NCBI GenBank assembly: GCA_002269645.1
Contig: NIVC01001897.1
Span: 51,979 to 115,978, forward strand
DNA: 64,000 nt
Direction of reading: 5' to 3'
Source of the DNA: Macrostomum lignano
Taxonomy: Eukaryota
Part shown: positions 10,996 to 24,112 of the stretch, piece after piece
Numbering within the stretch: the first letter of the stretch is position 1
How the letters are laid out: each line of letters starts with the position of its first letter
Notes under the pieces: model-generated
Seen by the model: only the letters and a program-made list of their open reading frames with translations
What the model was told of the DNA's origin: nothing
Database searches by the model: none
Program-made: the position numbers and the translations under genes

Positions 10996-11734
10996 CTCGC
11001 TATCTGCTTTAACTTCATAGCTACGCTAGTTATTACCTTAAATTTGACAACTAATCAAAATATACTAAATCTCTTATTATTACCTATTACTACCTAATCA
11101 AATGCCTAAGGTTAAAGTTAGACCTTCAAAATAACTTTTCAGCAATTTTGCAGCGTATCTTGCGCGTAAAATGCCACAGTTAGGACTTGCGTCCCAGTCC
11201 ATGCACCATTAGAAGTCCTTGTGTACCCTGTTACTGTACAATTTTGAGTCAACAGATGGAGAGTCGCAATGGATTGAGTTGAGCAGCAATCTCAGATAGA
11301 ACTTCTCCTATAATGATTGCGTAATCCCTTCACTCCCCTCTCCGCTCTTTGCCCAGATCCCCAGAAAACCGGCGCGGGAAGTTGGCCGAGAGTGCAGAGC
11401 GGCAGTGGGGGGGGGGTTAAAAAGAGTTAAGCTCACTTCCTTCCGCTTTGAGTTTTTTACGTTAAAAAAAGAAGTGAAATCGCAAGACTTAGTCAAGTCA
11501 CTGGCCTTCTCAAAGCTTATTATTCATCATCGATCTTTAGGCAAAAACTATTTTTATCCCCAATAAATTCTTCCCATGAGAGGATCATTGTGCGTGAGTA
11601 TTTCTTTCCTCAAAACTTGAAAATCTGTAGCGTGAATGGCGAAATCAGGAAGTATTATTTTCATTGTATTATTCGCTCTCACTGCTCTATTAAGATTCTG
11701 GGGCTTTGAAATGGATTAAAATTTACCTTATTTC

Positions 11735-12045
11735 TCTTCCCCTATCTCTCCCTCTCACACTCTTCTCTCCCTCCCTCTCACCCTACTCTCCCCAACTCAC
11801 CCTACTCTCCCTCTCACACTACTCTCTCCCTCTCAACCTCCTCTCTCCCTCTCACCCTACTCTCCCTCTCACCCTACTCTCCCTCTCACACTACTCTCTC
11901 CCTCTGACCCTCGTCTCTCCCTCTATCCTTCTCTCACTCTCCCTCTCACTCCTCTCTCTCTCCCTCTCACTCCTCTCTCTCTCCCTCTCACTCCTCTCTC
12001 TCCCTCTCACTCCTCTCTCTCTCCCTCTCACAACCTCCTCACAGC
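11735..12045 (+). repeat. CT-rich low-complexity repeat
   Basis: (CTCTCCCTCTCA)n-like. Confidence 0.85.
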
Positions 12046-13644
12046 ATCACTATCTCATCCTCAGCCTCTCTCTACCGTCATTAATTACTAAAGAAAACTA
12101 GCCAGTCCCAAAACGGTGTCAGTTCGCAAGAGGGAACGTGTCAAAAAGGAAATAATTAATTTTTTCTTCGAATCCACCTGCATGACCAGCCTATCCGATG
12201 CCCGCATGCGTTGGACAACTCCTCATAAGCCTCCGCGCCTCATCTTTTCGAGAACCTTCGAAGCGCGATAATCGCTGCTGCTGCTGCTGCTTTTGAGATG
12301 GACTGCCGATGGGGGAAATGGGCGACGACTCAGGAAATGCCGCTAGGCTTCTTCTAGGAGAAAGAGAAGAAGAGAATCCTCTCTTCTTAGTTGTTAAGCT
12401 AAGATTTACGGGATGTCAGTGGCCGAGAGAGAGAGAGAGTAGTGTGAGCTGCAGCGGTGTTAAGAAGGCTTCGCTCATCCCATACGGGCATCCGCTTTAC
12501 CGGGAAGAGAAAACTGACCCCCCTCCCGAACTCATTCCGAATGCTCTAATTGTTCTCTGATGCACTTTCGGTTTCTCATAAATAATTCTGCTATGAGTTT
12601 TATAGATTTGATTTTGAAGGCCTAGTGCACCTTCCCGACATGAATGTTCAAACAGCTTCGTCTCGAATTTTCCATAGTCTATGGTGCAGAGACTTAGGGG
12701 ACATTTGTCACCTTCTGAAATTTAGTCTACGAGTATGGCTCAACTCTCTACCCATCAGCGCATCGGAAACGGACTTGACTAAAGACATTATCTGCTCAGC
12801 TCAAACACGTTTACCTTCACCAGCGCATTTGACAAGCGAAGATGCCCCGCGCAGTGTCGATGAGTCACCGCTCCCTGCGGTGACGTACACTACGTATGGT
12901 TAAGTCTTTTTATAGATTTTTTAGAGAAAGGAGAGTCGGGATCTCATATCCCGACGGTCCAGTGCTAAGTTGTTGGGTGAGAATCATACATTATCAAAGT
13001 AGAATCAAGCTGGTTTGGCAGACCTCTAAATTGAGTCCAATCGCCTCTCTCTATCGACCTGAAAGAAAGTTGCGTGAATCGAAGGTCATGGAGGGTTTGA
13101 TCTCTAGATATTATATCTACAGCGGCAGTATAAAGATGCGATGAGAAGGCTATAGTCGAAAAACACGAGTTCCTGCTTCACTTTTTTCTTATTAAACAAG
13201 AGAAGACCAGAAAGAAGCACGAGGAGCTAACTAGAGGGGAGTGGATGCAGCATACCCTTTCCTAGAAAGGCTTCCTAACAGCCTCTGGAGCTTTGAGGAC
13301 AGCATGACCGGTGAAGATGCTTGAGGAGATGGGAGTTCTCTCGATTGCGTAATCCTACTTCAGCTTTGGGAGCCAAGATCCTCCTCTCATGCCTTGCGTG
13401 TGTGGCGGTACACGGTGCAGTGAGTACCTTCTTAGCTACCCAAAACACACTTGCTCCACCCCCCTCTCTCGCGCCCGCAAGCTTTAGAACGAGAATTAAA
13501 AAAGTTTCCCTAACAGAATCTCGACAGCGTGTCTTCATCTTTTTTCACTATTTGGCTATAGACTCAAAGTCTGTGAAGAGGTTTTTAGTATTCTGCGACA
13601 AGCTCATCCAGAATCGTTTAGGATCGTTCTTGAGTCTTTCTTGA

Positions 13645-15110
13645 GTGATTCTAAAAGTGGTTCTAGGGGAGATTCTAGGGGTGATTCTAGGGGTGATTCT
13701 AGGGGTGATTCTAGGGGTGATTCTAGGAGTGATTCTAGGGGTGATTCTAGGGGTGGTTCTAGGAGTGATTCTAGGAGTGATTCTAGGGGCGATTCTAGGG
13801 GTGATTCTAGGAGTGATTCTAGGGGTGATTCTAGGGGCGATTCTAGGAGTGATTCTAGGAGTGATTCTAGGAGTGATTCTAGGGGTGATTCTAGGAGTGA
13901 TTCTAGGAGTGATTCTAGGGGCGATTCTAGGAGTGATTCTAGGAGTGATTCTAGGAGTGATTCTAGGAGTGATTCTAGGGGTGATTCTAGGAGTGATTCT
14001 AGGGGCTTAGGGGTGATTCTAGGGGCGATTCTAGGGGTGATTCTAGGGGTGATTCTAGGGGTGATTCTAGGGGCTATTCTAGGGGTGATTCTAGGAGTGA
14101 TTCTAGGGGCGATTCTAGGGGTGATTCTAGGAGTGATTCTAGGAGTGATTCTAGGGGCTTAGGGGTGATTCTAGGGGCGATTCTAGGGGTGATTCTAGGG
14201 GTGATTCTAGGGGTGATTCTAGGGGCTATTCTAGGGGTGATTCTAGTAGTGATTCTAGGGGCGATTCTAGGGGTGATTCTAGGAGTGATTCTAGGGGTGA
14301 TTCTAGGAGTGATTCTAGGGGCTTAGGGGTGATTCTAGGGGCGATTCTAGGGGTGATTCTAGGGGTGATTCTAGGGGTGATTCTAGGAGTGATTCTAGGG
14401 GTGATTCTAGGGGCTATTCTAGGGGTGATTCTAGGGGTGATTCTAGGGGCGATTCTAGGGGTGATTCTAGGAGTGATTCTAGGGGTGATTCTAGGAGTGA
14501 TTCTAGGGGCTTAGGGGTGATTCTAGGGGCGATTCTAGGGGTGATTCTAGGGGTGATTCTAGGGGTGATTCTAGGGGCTATTCTAGGGGTGATTCTAGGG
14601 GCGATTCTAGGGGTGATTCTAGGGGTGATTCTAGGGGTGATTCTAGGGGCTATTCTAGGGGTGATTCTAGGGGCGATTCTAGGGGTGATTCTAGAGGCGA
14701 TTCTAGGGGTGTTTCTAGGGGTGATTCTAGGGGCTTAGGGGTGATTCTAGGGGCGATTCTAGGGGCGATTCTAGGGGTAATTCTAGGGGTGATTCTAGGG
14801 GCGATTCTAGGGGTGATTCTAGGGGCGATTCTAGGGGTGATTCTAGGGGTGATTCTAGGGGCGATTCTAGGGGTGTTTCTAGGGGTGATTCTAGGGGCTT
14901 AGGGGTGATTCTAGGGGCGATTCTAGGGGCGATTCTAGGGGTAATTCTAGGGGTGATTCTAGGGGCGATTCTAGGGGTGATTCTAGGGGCGATTCTAGGG
15001 GTGATTCTAGGGGTGATTCTAGGGGTGATTCTAGGAGTGATTCTAGGAGTGATTCTAGGAGTGATTCTAGGGGCGATTCTAGGGGCGATTCTAATAGGCG
15101 ATTCTTAAGT
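13645..15110 (+). repeat. 12-bp G-rich satellite with interspersed TTAGGG-containing 8-mers
   Basis: (GTGATTCTAGGG/GTGATTCTAGGA/GCGATTCTAGGG)n, about 120 units; short GCTTAGGG units with TT at 14007, 14159, 14323, 14511, 14735, 14899. Confidence 0.97.
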
Positions 15111-15799
15111 CAATTTAAGGGGCGACGTAAGGGCAATTCTAGTGGCGATTCCAGAGGCGATTTTAAGGGCGATTTTGAAAGGCGTGACACCTTAGCGGCT
15201 TTTTTGTGGCCGCCCAATAAAGGTGCTTCTAGGGGCACTTGTAGAATGCTTCAAGTCTGTTGTTTGAGTTCAATAAAATTCTCAATTAATCATCAGTCTT
15301 GCTGAGTACATGCAACGAGGCACCCGATTGTTCTCACGGGTTTTCGGCCCTTTCAACTTTGCCATTAACCCCCTCTTGTGCTTGTTTCCCGCTTGAACTG
15401 TGAAAAAACTTTCTTTTAGTGATGATACTCTCTTGTTTCATTTTAATTTCTGCTTTAAAAAATCGCTAGAGCAAAAAAACTATTGATTCACGGATAGTAA
15501 ACTTGGCTGTACGTTGCGTGAATGTTAAATGAGATCCTTATGGGAAGTGGTGACTTAGTAAACCAGATTTTTTAGTGCATTATTCTTTTTTTATAATCAG
15601 AACAGTTGATTTGTTGAAACTGAAGCCAGTAAAAATCTGCTGCTGAACTTCCGCAACTCGGGTTCGAAGCCTCATAATTAGAATGAGGTTTTTCATGTGG
15701 ATTTTCAATTGAAACAAAATTATTACTGAAAGTCACGTTAGCAACAAAAGTTAGCTTTTTAATTAGTGTAGTGTGTTTATACTGATTAGGGAGCCAACT

Positions 15800-17990
15800 C
15801 CAACTGACTGTCAGTTGGCGCCAAATCATATCTGAGTGTCAGTTGGCGCCAAATCATATCTGAGTGTCAGTTGGCGCCAAATCATATCTGAGTGTCAGTT
15901 AGAGCCAAATTATTAGTGTCAGTTGGCGCCAAATCATATCTGAGTGTCAGTTGGCGCCAAATCATATCTGAGTGTCAGTTAGAGCCAAATCATTAGTGTC
16001 AGTTGGCGCCAAATCATATCTGAGTGTCAGTTGGCGCCAAATCATATCTGAGTGTCAGTTAGAGCCAAATTATTAGTGTCAGTTGGCGCCAAATCATATC
16101 TGAGTGTCAGTTGGCGCCAAATCATATCTGAGTGTCAGTTAGAGCCAAATTATTAGTGTCAGTTGGCGCCAAATCATTAGTGTCAGTTGGCGAGAAAATC
16201 ATGAGTGTCAGTTGGCGCCAAATCATATCTGAATGTCAGTTGGAGCCAAATCATATCTGAGTGTCAGTTGGCGCCAAATCATATCTGAGTGTCAGTTGGC
16301 GCCAAATCATATCTGAGTGTCAGTTAGAGCCAAATTATTAGTGTCAGTTGGCGCCAAATCATTAGTGTCAGTTGGCGCCAAATTATTAGTGTCAGTTGGC
16401 GCCAAATCATTAGTGTCAGTTGGCGCCAAATCATTAGTGTCAGTTGGCGCCAAATCATTAGTGTCAGTTGGCGCCAAACCATGACAGTCATTTGGCGCTA
16501 AATCATTATTGTTAGTTGGCGCCAAAATCTGACTGTCAGTTGGCGCCGAATCATGAGTGTCAGATGGCGCCAAAACTGACTGTCAGTTGGCACCAAAACC
16601 TGACTGTCAGTTGGCACCAAAACTTGACTGTCAATTGGCACCAAAACATGGCTGTCAGTTGGCACCAAAACATGGCTGTCAGTTGGCACCAAAACCTGAC
16701 TGTCAGTTGGCACCAAAACCTGGCTGTCAGTTGGCACCAAAACCTGACTGTCAGTTGGCACCAAAACCTGACTGTCAGTTGGCACCAAAACCTGACTGTC
16801 AGTTGGCACCAAAACCTGACTGTCAGTTGGCACCAAAACTTGACTGTCAGTTGGCACCAAAACCTGACTGTCAGTTGGCACCAAAACTTGACGGTCAGTT
16901 GGCGCCAAAACCTGACTGTCAGTTGGCACCAAAACTTGACGGTCAGTTGGCGCCAAAACCTGACTGTCAGTTGGCACCAAAACCTGACTGTCAGTTGGCA
17001 CCAAAACCTGACTGTCAGTTGGCACCAAAACTTGACTGTCAGTTGGCACCAAAACCTGACGGTCAGTTGGCGCCAAAACTTGACTGTCAGTTGGCACCAA
17101 AACTTGACGGTCAGTTGGCACCAAAACTTGACGGTCAGTTGGCGCCAAAACCTGACTGTCAGTTGGCACCAAAACCTGACTGTCAGTTGGCACCAAAACC
17201 TGACTGTCAGTTGGCACCAAAACTTGACGGTCAGTTGGCGCCAAAACTTGACTGTCAGTTGGCACCAAAACTTGACGGTCAGTTGGCACCAAAACTTGAC
17301 TGTCAGTTGGCACCAAAACCTGACTGTCAGTTGGCACCAAAACTTGACGGTCAGTTGGCGCCAAAACCTGACTGTCAGTTGGCACCAAAACTTGACGGTC
17401 AGTTGGCACCAAAACCTGACTGTCAGTTGGCACCAAAACCTGACTGTCAGTTGGCACCAAAACCTGACTGTCAGTTGGCGCCAAAACCTGACTGTCAGTT
17501 GGCACCAAAACCTGGCTGTCAGTTGGCACCAAAACCTGACTGTCAGTTGGCACCAAAACCTGGCTGTCAGTTGGCACCAAAACCTGACTGTCAGTTGGCA
17601 CCAAAACTTGACTGTCAGTTGGCACCAAAACATGGCTGTCAGTTGGCACCAAAACCTGACTGTCAGTTGGCGCCAAAACCTGACTGTCAGTTGGCACCAA
17701 AACATGGCTGTCAGTTGGCACCAAAACCTGACTGTCAGTTGGCACCAAAACCTGGCTGTCAGTTGGCATCAAAACCTGACTGTCAGTTGGCACCAAAACC
17801 TGACTGTCAGTTGGCACCAAAACCTGACTGTCAGTTGGCACCAAAACCTGACTGTCAGTTGGCACCAAAACTTGACGGTCAGTTGGCACCAAAACTTGAT
17901 GGTCAGTTGGCGCCAAAACCTGACTGTCAGTTGGCACCAAAACCTGACTGTCAGTTGGCACCAAAACTTGACGGTCAGTTGGCGCCATAT
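15800..17990 (+). repeat. 24/28-bp palindrome-rich satellite (two sub-arrays)
   Basis: 15800-16540: GTGTCAGTTGGCGCCAAATCAT(ATCTGA/TA) 28/24-mers; 16540-17990: about 60 copies of CTGACTGTCAGTTGGCACCAAAAC. Confidence 0.97.
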
Positions 17991-19129
17991 TTTAAACTGT
18001 GCGCCGAAAATGTTGGAAAGCAAATAACAATAAATTTTGTTTATTTTTCCTGCTATCCAACTTCAAACAGAGGGCTGTACTCTAAAAAGGAAAGTTAATC
18101 CTTTCGAATTCTTTTACGACTCGAATACGAAATTCAAAAAGTCAATAAAATAGCCAAGTTGTTCTTAAAAATCTCAGCAAACACCTTAATGCGTGAGGAA
18201 TGACTTTAATGGAGCTTGGAGTGTTTTTTGGTAATCTGATGATAATTGCAGGTCTGTGCGCACACTGACGCAACACCTTAGGTTGACTTTCCAATCTTCA
18301 GGCATGTACACTCTGTTGGCAATTCCCTAAGCTGATTCTTCTTGGCGATGCATGGATCAAATCAAGTTGAAGAAATGATAGAACGGCTTTATTGAGCGCG
18401 AAGTCTACGGCTAATAATCTTGTCGCTTTTCTCTTGTCGATAAATCGAAAAGCGAAGCGATCCCGGATGCACAATTGCTGCCCGTGTCTCAGCATGCCTT
18501 GAAGGTCCACTTTTTTATTTGCTATGCTAGTTGTTAATTCTCTTCAGCAGTCGGATCTTCTTCTTTCGGCTGAAGCTATAAGTCTGCCTGGGAAGCAGCC
18601 ATGCATCGGCCAACAATCAATATTGAAAGATTTATCCCCACCCCACCCCTACCGAAATGGCCCGAAGTGATGCCGGTGGAGAAAAAATTGAGGAAAAAAT
18701 ATAGATAGATAGAGAAGGAAATGGGGATGGCTGAGATAGCGTGCCAGGCATTTCTGCTTGCTGCTTCTAGGGGTGGGGAGAGCGGTTTTGTCGCGTGTCT
18801 TTGTATCCCCCCCCCCCGAAACAGCATTCGGCTCAAATCCCCATGTTAGAATCCTATTTTACTATCATGTAGATGTAGCTAAAGGGTTTTATATAGAACT
18901 TTAATGCAAGTTGGTAGCATCTGGACCGGTGTCCCAGGGCACTTAAGGCAGCTCAACATTGCTGTTATTCATTATTTGTTGATGAAGAGTTTCTAATGCT
19001 ATACTGGAATTCACTATATCGCAAATGGGATAAGAAAGATACGAAGTAGAAACGGAACAGATGGAAAAGAATGAGGATAAGAGAAATAGAATGGAGATAG
19101 AAACTAAATATTAATGTGTACTTGTAGAA

Positions 19130-19905
19130 CTCAGAGAGATAGAACTGAGAGAGATTGAACCCGGAGAGAGATATAACCCGGCGAGAGATAGAACCGGGAG
19201 AGATAGAACCGGGAGAGACAGAACCGGGAGAGATAGAACCGGGAGAGATAGAACCGGGAGAGATAGAACCGGGAGAGATAGAACCGGGAGAGATAGAACC
19301 GGGAGAGATAGAACCGGGAGAGATAGAACCGGGAGAGATAGAACCGGGAGAGATAGAACCGGGAGAGATAGAACCGGGAGAGATAGAACCGGGAGAGATA
19401 GAACCGGGAGAGATAGAACCGGGAGAGATAGAACCGGGAGAGATAGAACCGGGAGAGATAGAACCGGGAGAGATAGAACCGGGAGAGATAGAACCGGGAG
19501 AGATAGAACCGGGAGAGATAGAACCGGGAGAGATAGAACCGGGAGAGATAGAACCGGGAGAGATAGAACCGGGAGAGATAGAACCGGGAGAGATATAGAA
19601 CCGGGAGAGATAGAACCGGGAGAGATATAGAACCGGGAGAGATAGAACCGTAAGAGATGGAACAGGGAAACATAGAACTCGGAGAGATAGAACAGGGAAA
19701 CATAGAACTCGGATAGATAGAACAGGGAAACATAGAACTCGGAGAGATAGAACAGGGAAATATAGAACTCGGATAGATAGAACAGGGAAACATAGAACTC
19801 GGATAGATAGAACAGGGAAACATAGAACTCGGAGAGATAGAACAGGGAAACATAGAACTCGGATAGATAGAACTGAGAAAGATAGAACCGGGAGAGATAG
19901 AACCT
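19130..19905 (+). repeat. 15-bp minisatellite grading into a 30-bp variant
   Basis: (AGATAGAACCGGGAG)n then (GAACAGGGAAACATAGAACTCGGATAGATA)n. Confidence 0.97.
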
Positions 19906-20809
19906 TCTCTGCTCTCAGTTGATATTCGACTTCCTGTCAGAGCACTTTGTGCGGAAGCTTTAATACTTCCGGGAAAACCAGAAACAGCTCGAATAAATCA
20001 TAATCCCTTCTAGTGCTCAAAAGCTACTCAAGCCACAAAAAAGCTTGTCCTATTACGCAAATGAAATTATAATTCGACGCTTAGAAAAAGCAGATATGAC
20101 AGCCGGCAAGCTATTGTGCACGGCTCACTGGATCCAATTTCATTCGAGTTTTAGTTCTGTTCTAAGCTAATACGAAGCTGCCTTTGCGTGACATGTTCTA
20201 GATGGGAGACCAAAGCACTTCTGGCACAGTTAGTTTCCCGTCCACGTCAATATCCGTTAGCTGCACTGATAGTTAACAAAATTAGAAAAATATTGTTCCA
20301 GCAATCTTTTTGTGGGTGAATTTCATGCTGCTCACGGATTGCTTTTCTATCTGCTCCTAGCAGCCAGGGCAGCTGAGCAGGTGCTCAAACACTGCCGGAC
20401 GAAAATTGCTCCATTTTTCCCCATCGGCGAGGAGCTGATGTTTTCGCACCTTGCTGTTTGAGCTGCTTTTGCTGCATGTATTTGCTTCTGTCTTTTTCGA
20501 TTGAGAATCTGTGTTTGAGCGGAAGAGACATCCGTGCTGTTCTTGTGGGTGGTTCTTCTCGCATCTTCTCCGCTTTCGGCGATGGGTTTTGGACTGAATT
20601 CAAAGCATTTCTACTCAATTATATTCCACGGCAAGTTGTTTCAGTGGGTTACTGTGTTTAGACAGTGTCTCCTACTGTTTCACCGCCTCATCAGCTCTGC
20701 TTCTCTGTCCCGTTCTCTGTTGCATCTCTGCGCTCTCCGTCTCAACCCCTCTCTCTGGCCTTCTCTATGTACTCTCTCCATCTCTCACCCTATCAGCCTC
20801 TCTCCCTCT

Positions 20810-21110
20810 CATCCTCGCACCATCTCACCCTCATCCTCACCCTCTCACCATCTCACCTTCTCTAAATCTTTCCGTCTCTTTCTCCCTCTCACCTTCTCTC
20901 CCTCTCACCTTCTCTCCCTCTCACCTTCTCTCCCTCTCACCTTCTCTCCCTCTCATCTTCTCTCCCTCTCACCTTCTCTCCCTCTCACCTTCTCTCCCTC
21001 TCACCTTCTCTCCCTCTCACCTTCTCTCCCTCTCCACCTCTTACCCTCTCACCGTCTCTCCCTCTCTCCCTCTCACGCTCTCTCCACCTCTCCCTCGCTT
21101 TCTCTCTCTT
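20810..21110 (+). repeat. CT-rich 16-bp repeat
   Basis: (CTCACCTTCTCTCCCT)n. Confidence 0.85.
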
Positions 21111-21458
21111 TCTCCCCATTTCCTTTTGTCTTCTTATTTCTCATCTGACGTCCATATGGTTCCTTGATCTATCTTTTATTCCACCCAAAGTTCTGTCTTT
21201 ATGTACATTCTTCCTCAAGCATTTCGCCCATTTGTTATTCTGATTAAACAGCAATAATTGTTCTCAACTTTTCTAATCTCCCACATAGGAGTACCATAAA
21301 TCTCATTAAAATCCAACTTGAAAAGCGTTCCAATGGCGACTAATGAGTTTCGATGTTCCATAATGCTTCATTCAATGCTTCTATTTAGTAATCTAATAAG
21401 TACTTGGGCACCGTCTCGAAATCAATCCTGCTATACGCAATCCCGTCAGTCATTGCAC

Positions 21459-22822
21459 GTTTAGGCTACGGGGCGCCAGGTTAGGCTACGGGGCGCCAGG
21501 TTAGGCTACGGGGCGCCAGGTTAGGCTACGGGGCGCCAGGTTAGGCTACGGGGCGCCAGGTTAGGCTACGGGGCGCCAGGTTAGGCTACGGGGCGCCAGG
21601 TTAGGCTACGGGGCGCCAGATTAGGCTACGGGGCGCCAGGTTAGGCTACGGGGGCGCCAGTTTAGGCTACGGGGCGCCAGGTTAGGCTACGGGGGCGCCT
21701 GTTTAGTTTATGGGACGCCATTTTAGTCTAAAAAGCGCCAGGTTAGGCTACGGGGCGCCATTTTAGGCTACGGGGCCCCAGTTTAGGCTACGGGGCGCCA
21801 ATTTATGCTACGGAGCGCAGTTTAGGTTACGGGGTGCCAGTTTATGTTACGGGGCACCAGTTTTTACTACGGACACCAGTTTAGGCTACAGGGCGCCAGT
21901 TTAGGCTACGGAGCGCCAGTTTAGGCTACGGGGCGCCAGTTTAGGCTACGGGGCGCCAGTTTAGGCTACGGGACGCCAGTTTATGCTTCGGGGCGCCAGT
22001 TTAGGCTACGGGGCGCCAGTTTAGGCTACGGGGCGCCAGTTTAGGCTACGGGGCGCCAGTTTAGGCTACGGGGCGCCAGTTTAGGCTACGGGGCGCCAGT
22101 TTAGACTACGGGGCGCCAGTTTATTCTACGGGGCGCCAGTTTAGACTACGGGGCGCCAGTTTAGGCTACGGGGCGCCAGTTTAGGCTACGGGGCGCCAGT
22201 TTAGGCTACGGGCGCCAGTTTAGGCTACGGGCGCCAGTTGAGGCTACGGGGGCGCCAGTTTAGATTACGGGGCGCCAGGTTAGGCTACTTGTTGCCAGTT
22301 TAGGCTACGGGGCGCCAGTTTAGGCTACGGGGCGCCAGGTTAGGCTACGGGGCGCCAGTTTATGCTACGGGGCGCCAGTTTAGGCTACGGGGCGCCAGGT
22401 TAGGCTACGGGGCGCCAGTTTAGGCTACGGGGCGCCAGTTTAGGCTACGGGGCGCCAGTTTAGGCTACGGGGCGCCAGTTTAGGCTACGGGGCGCCAGTT
22501 TAGGCTACGGGGCGCCAGTTTAGGCTACGGGGCGCCAGTTTAGGCTACGGGGCGCCAGTTTAGGCTACGGGGCGCCAGTTTAGGCTACGGGGCGCCAGTT
22601 TAGGCTACGGGGCGCCAGTTTAGGCTACGGGGCGCCAGTTTAGGCTACGGGGCGCCAGTTTAGGCTACGGGGCGCCAGTTTAGGCTACGGGGCGCCAGTT
22701 TAGGCTACGGGGCGCCAGTTTAGGCTACAGGGCGCCAGTTTAGGCTACGGGGCGCCAGTTTAGGCTACAGGGCGCCAGTTTAGGCTACGGGGCGCCAGTT
22801 TAGGCTACAGGGCGCCAGTTTA
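21459..22822 (+). repeat. 20-bp GC-rich satellite, array 1
   Basis: About 68 copies of TTAGGCTACGGGGCGCCAG(T/G). Confidence 0.97.
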
Positions 22823-23756
22823 GCTAAGTCTGGGAATTGATGCGGCACTGCACAATCCAGTCAGTCATTGCACTGTTTCAAATGCAGTGTTAAGTTCTGT
22901 GCAAGTCTCTTCAGTTTTCATGTGGATCTAATTAAATTTTCTCCATAAGCAATCCTTGCCTTCTCCTTTCTCCCCCCTTTATCAGAAGAAATTAGCACAT
23001 TCAATTAACGCAATAGCCAATAATATTGATAGTTGCTACTAAATTACTTGTGCAACAAGTTTACTAACTACTGATTTCTTAATTCTCATAAACAAAAATG
23101 CATTGGTTGAGTACTAACTATAATTGTAGCTTATACAATACAATAATAAACAGAGATTGTCGCCTTCATGTATTGTGCATGGAGTATATACAGTAGACTC
23201 AAAATGACTCATTTAGATTCAGGATGGCTTCTCTGAGTATAGCTTTGGGTTCAGTTTTATAGATTTTTCTCTTCTAACAATAATTTTCTCAATCCTTGGT
23301 GCCCGCTTGCACTCGCAAAGTCGCCAGTTGTTTCTGGCCTCTAATACGATATAGAAGAGTTCATTCATTCATGAGAAGGCATTGAACAACTCTGCAACTC
23401 AGAGAGAAAGATGGAGATGTGGCAGGAGAGGCTGGCGGTGTATTTAAGTTTTTTTGAGAGGCACTCCCTGCTTCTGCTTGCCTGGCGTGTTTCGCTGGCG
23501 GAGGCATTTTCAAGAAAAAAGTCCCCCCACGACCGCGGACCATGCAAGCAGTTGGGATTCTGGAAGCTCTTGTGGGGGATAGATTTTTTCTCTGTAGGAA
23601 ACAGAACTGACTGCTTTTCCGTGTATTTCAGCTTGGTTTACCTTGTCTAGTGAGTAGCTGGGTCCCCCCAAACTACTCAGTATTTTGCAAATGGTTTTAG
23701 CTCTGAAATAGTTTGAGCCAGTGCTTGTTGGTTTTGACAGATGGTTAATTTTTATA

Positions 23757-24112
23757 AGTTAGGACTACGGAGTGCCTGTTTAGTTTATGGGACGCCACTT
23801 TAGTCGAAAAAGCGCCAGTTTATGCTTCGGGGCGCCATCTTAGGTTACGAGGCGCCAGTTTAGGCTACGGGACACCAGTTTAGGCTACAGGGCGCCAGTT
23901 TAGGCTACGGGACGCCAGTTTAGGCTACGGGGCGCCAGTTTAGGCTACGGGGCGCCAGGTTAGGCTACGGGGCGCCAGTTTACGCTACGGAGCGCCAGTT
24001 TAGGCTACGGGGCGCCAGTTTATGCTTCGGGGTGCCATGTTAGGTTACGGGGCGTCAGTTTATGCTTCGGGGCGCCATGTTAGGTTATGGGGCGCCAGTT
24101 TAGGCCAAGGGG
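23757..24112 (+). repeat. 20-bp GC-rich satellite, array 2
   Basis: Same unit as 21459-22822; shares the variant block TGTTTAGTTTATGGGACGCCA..TTAGTC.AAAAAGCGCCAG (about 21700 and 23778). Confidence 0.93.

Noticed and set aside
13641-15108. SRGD / ILGV repeat ORFs (RGD-rich or TM-like)
   Set aside because: 12-mer satellite with frame-breaking 8-mers; no leader or splice context.
16498-18098. ORFs of 381-513 aa on both strands (VPTDSQVL, APKPDCQL, etc.)
   Set aside because: Four frames open simply because the 24-mer has few stops; no signal peptide or domain.
19131-19853. EIEPG / RFYLS repeat ORFs
   Set aside because: 15-bp satellite translation with frameshifting variant units.
20385-20618. 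77-aa minus-strand ORF as an orphan exon
   Set aside because: Composition is plausible and an AG exists near 20595, but there is no recognisable motif or partner exon.
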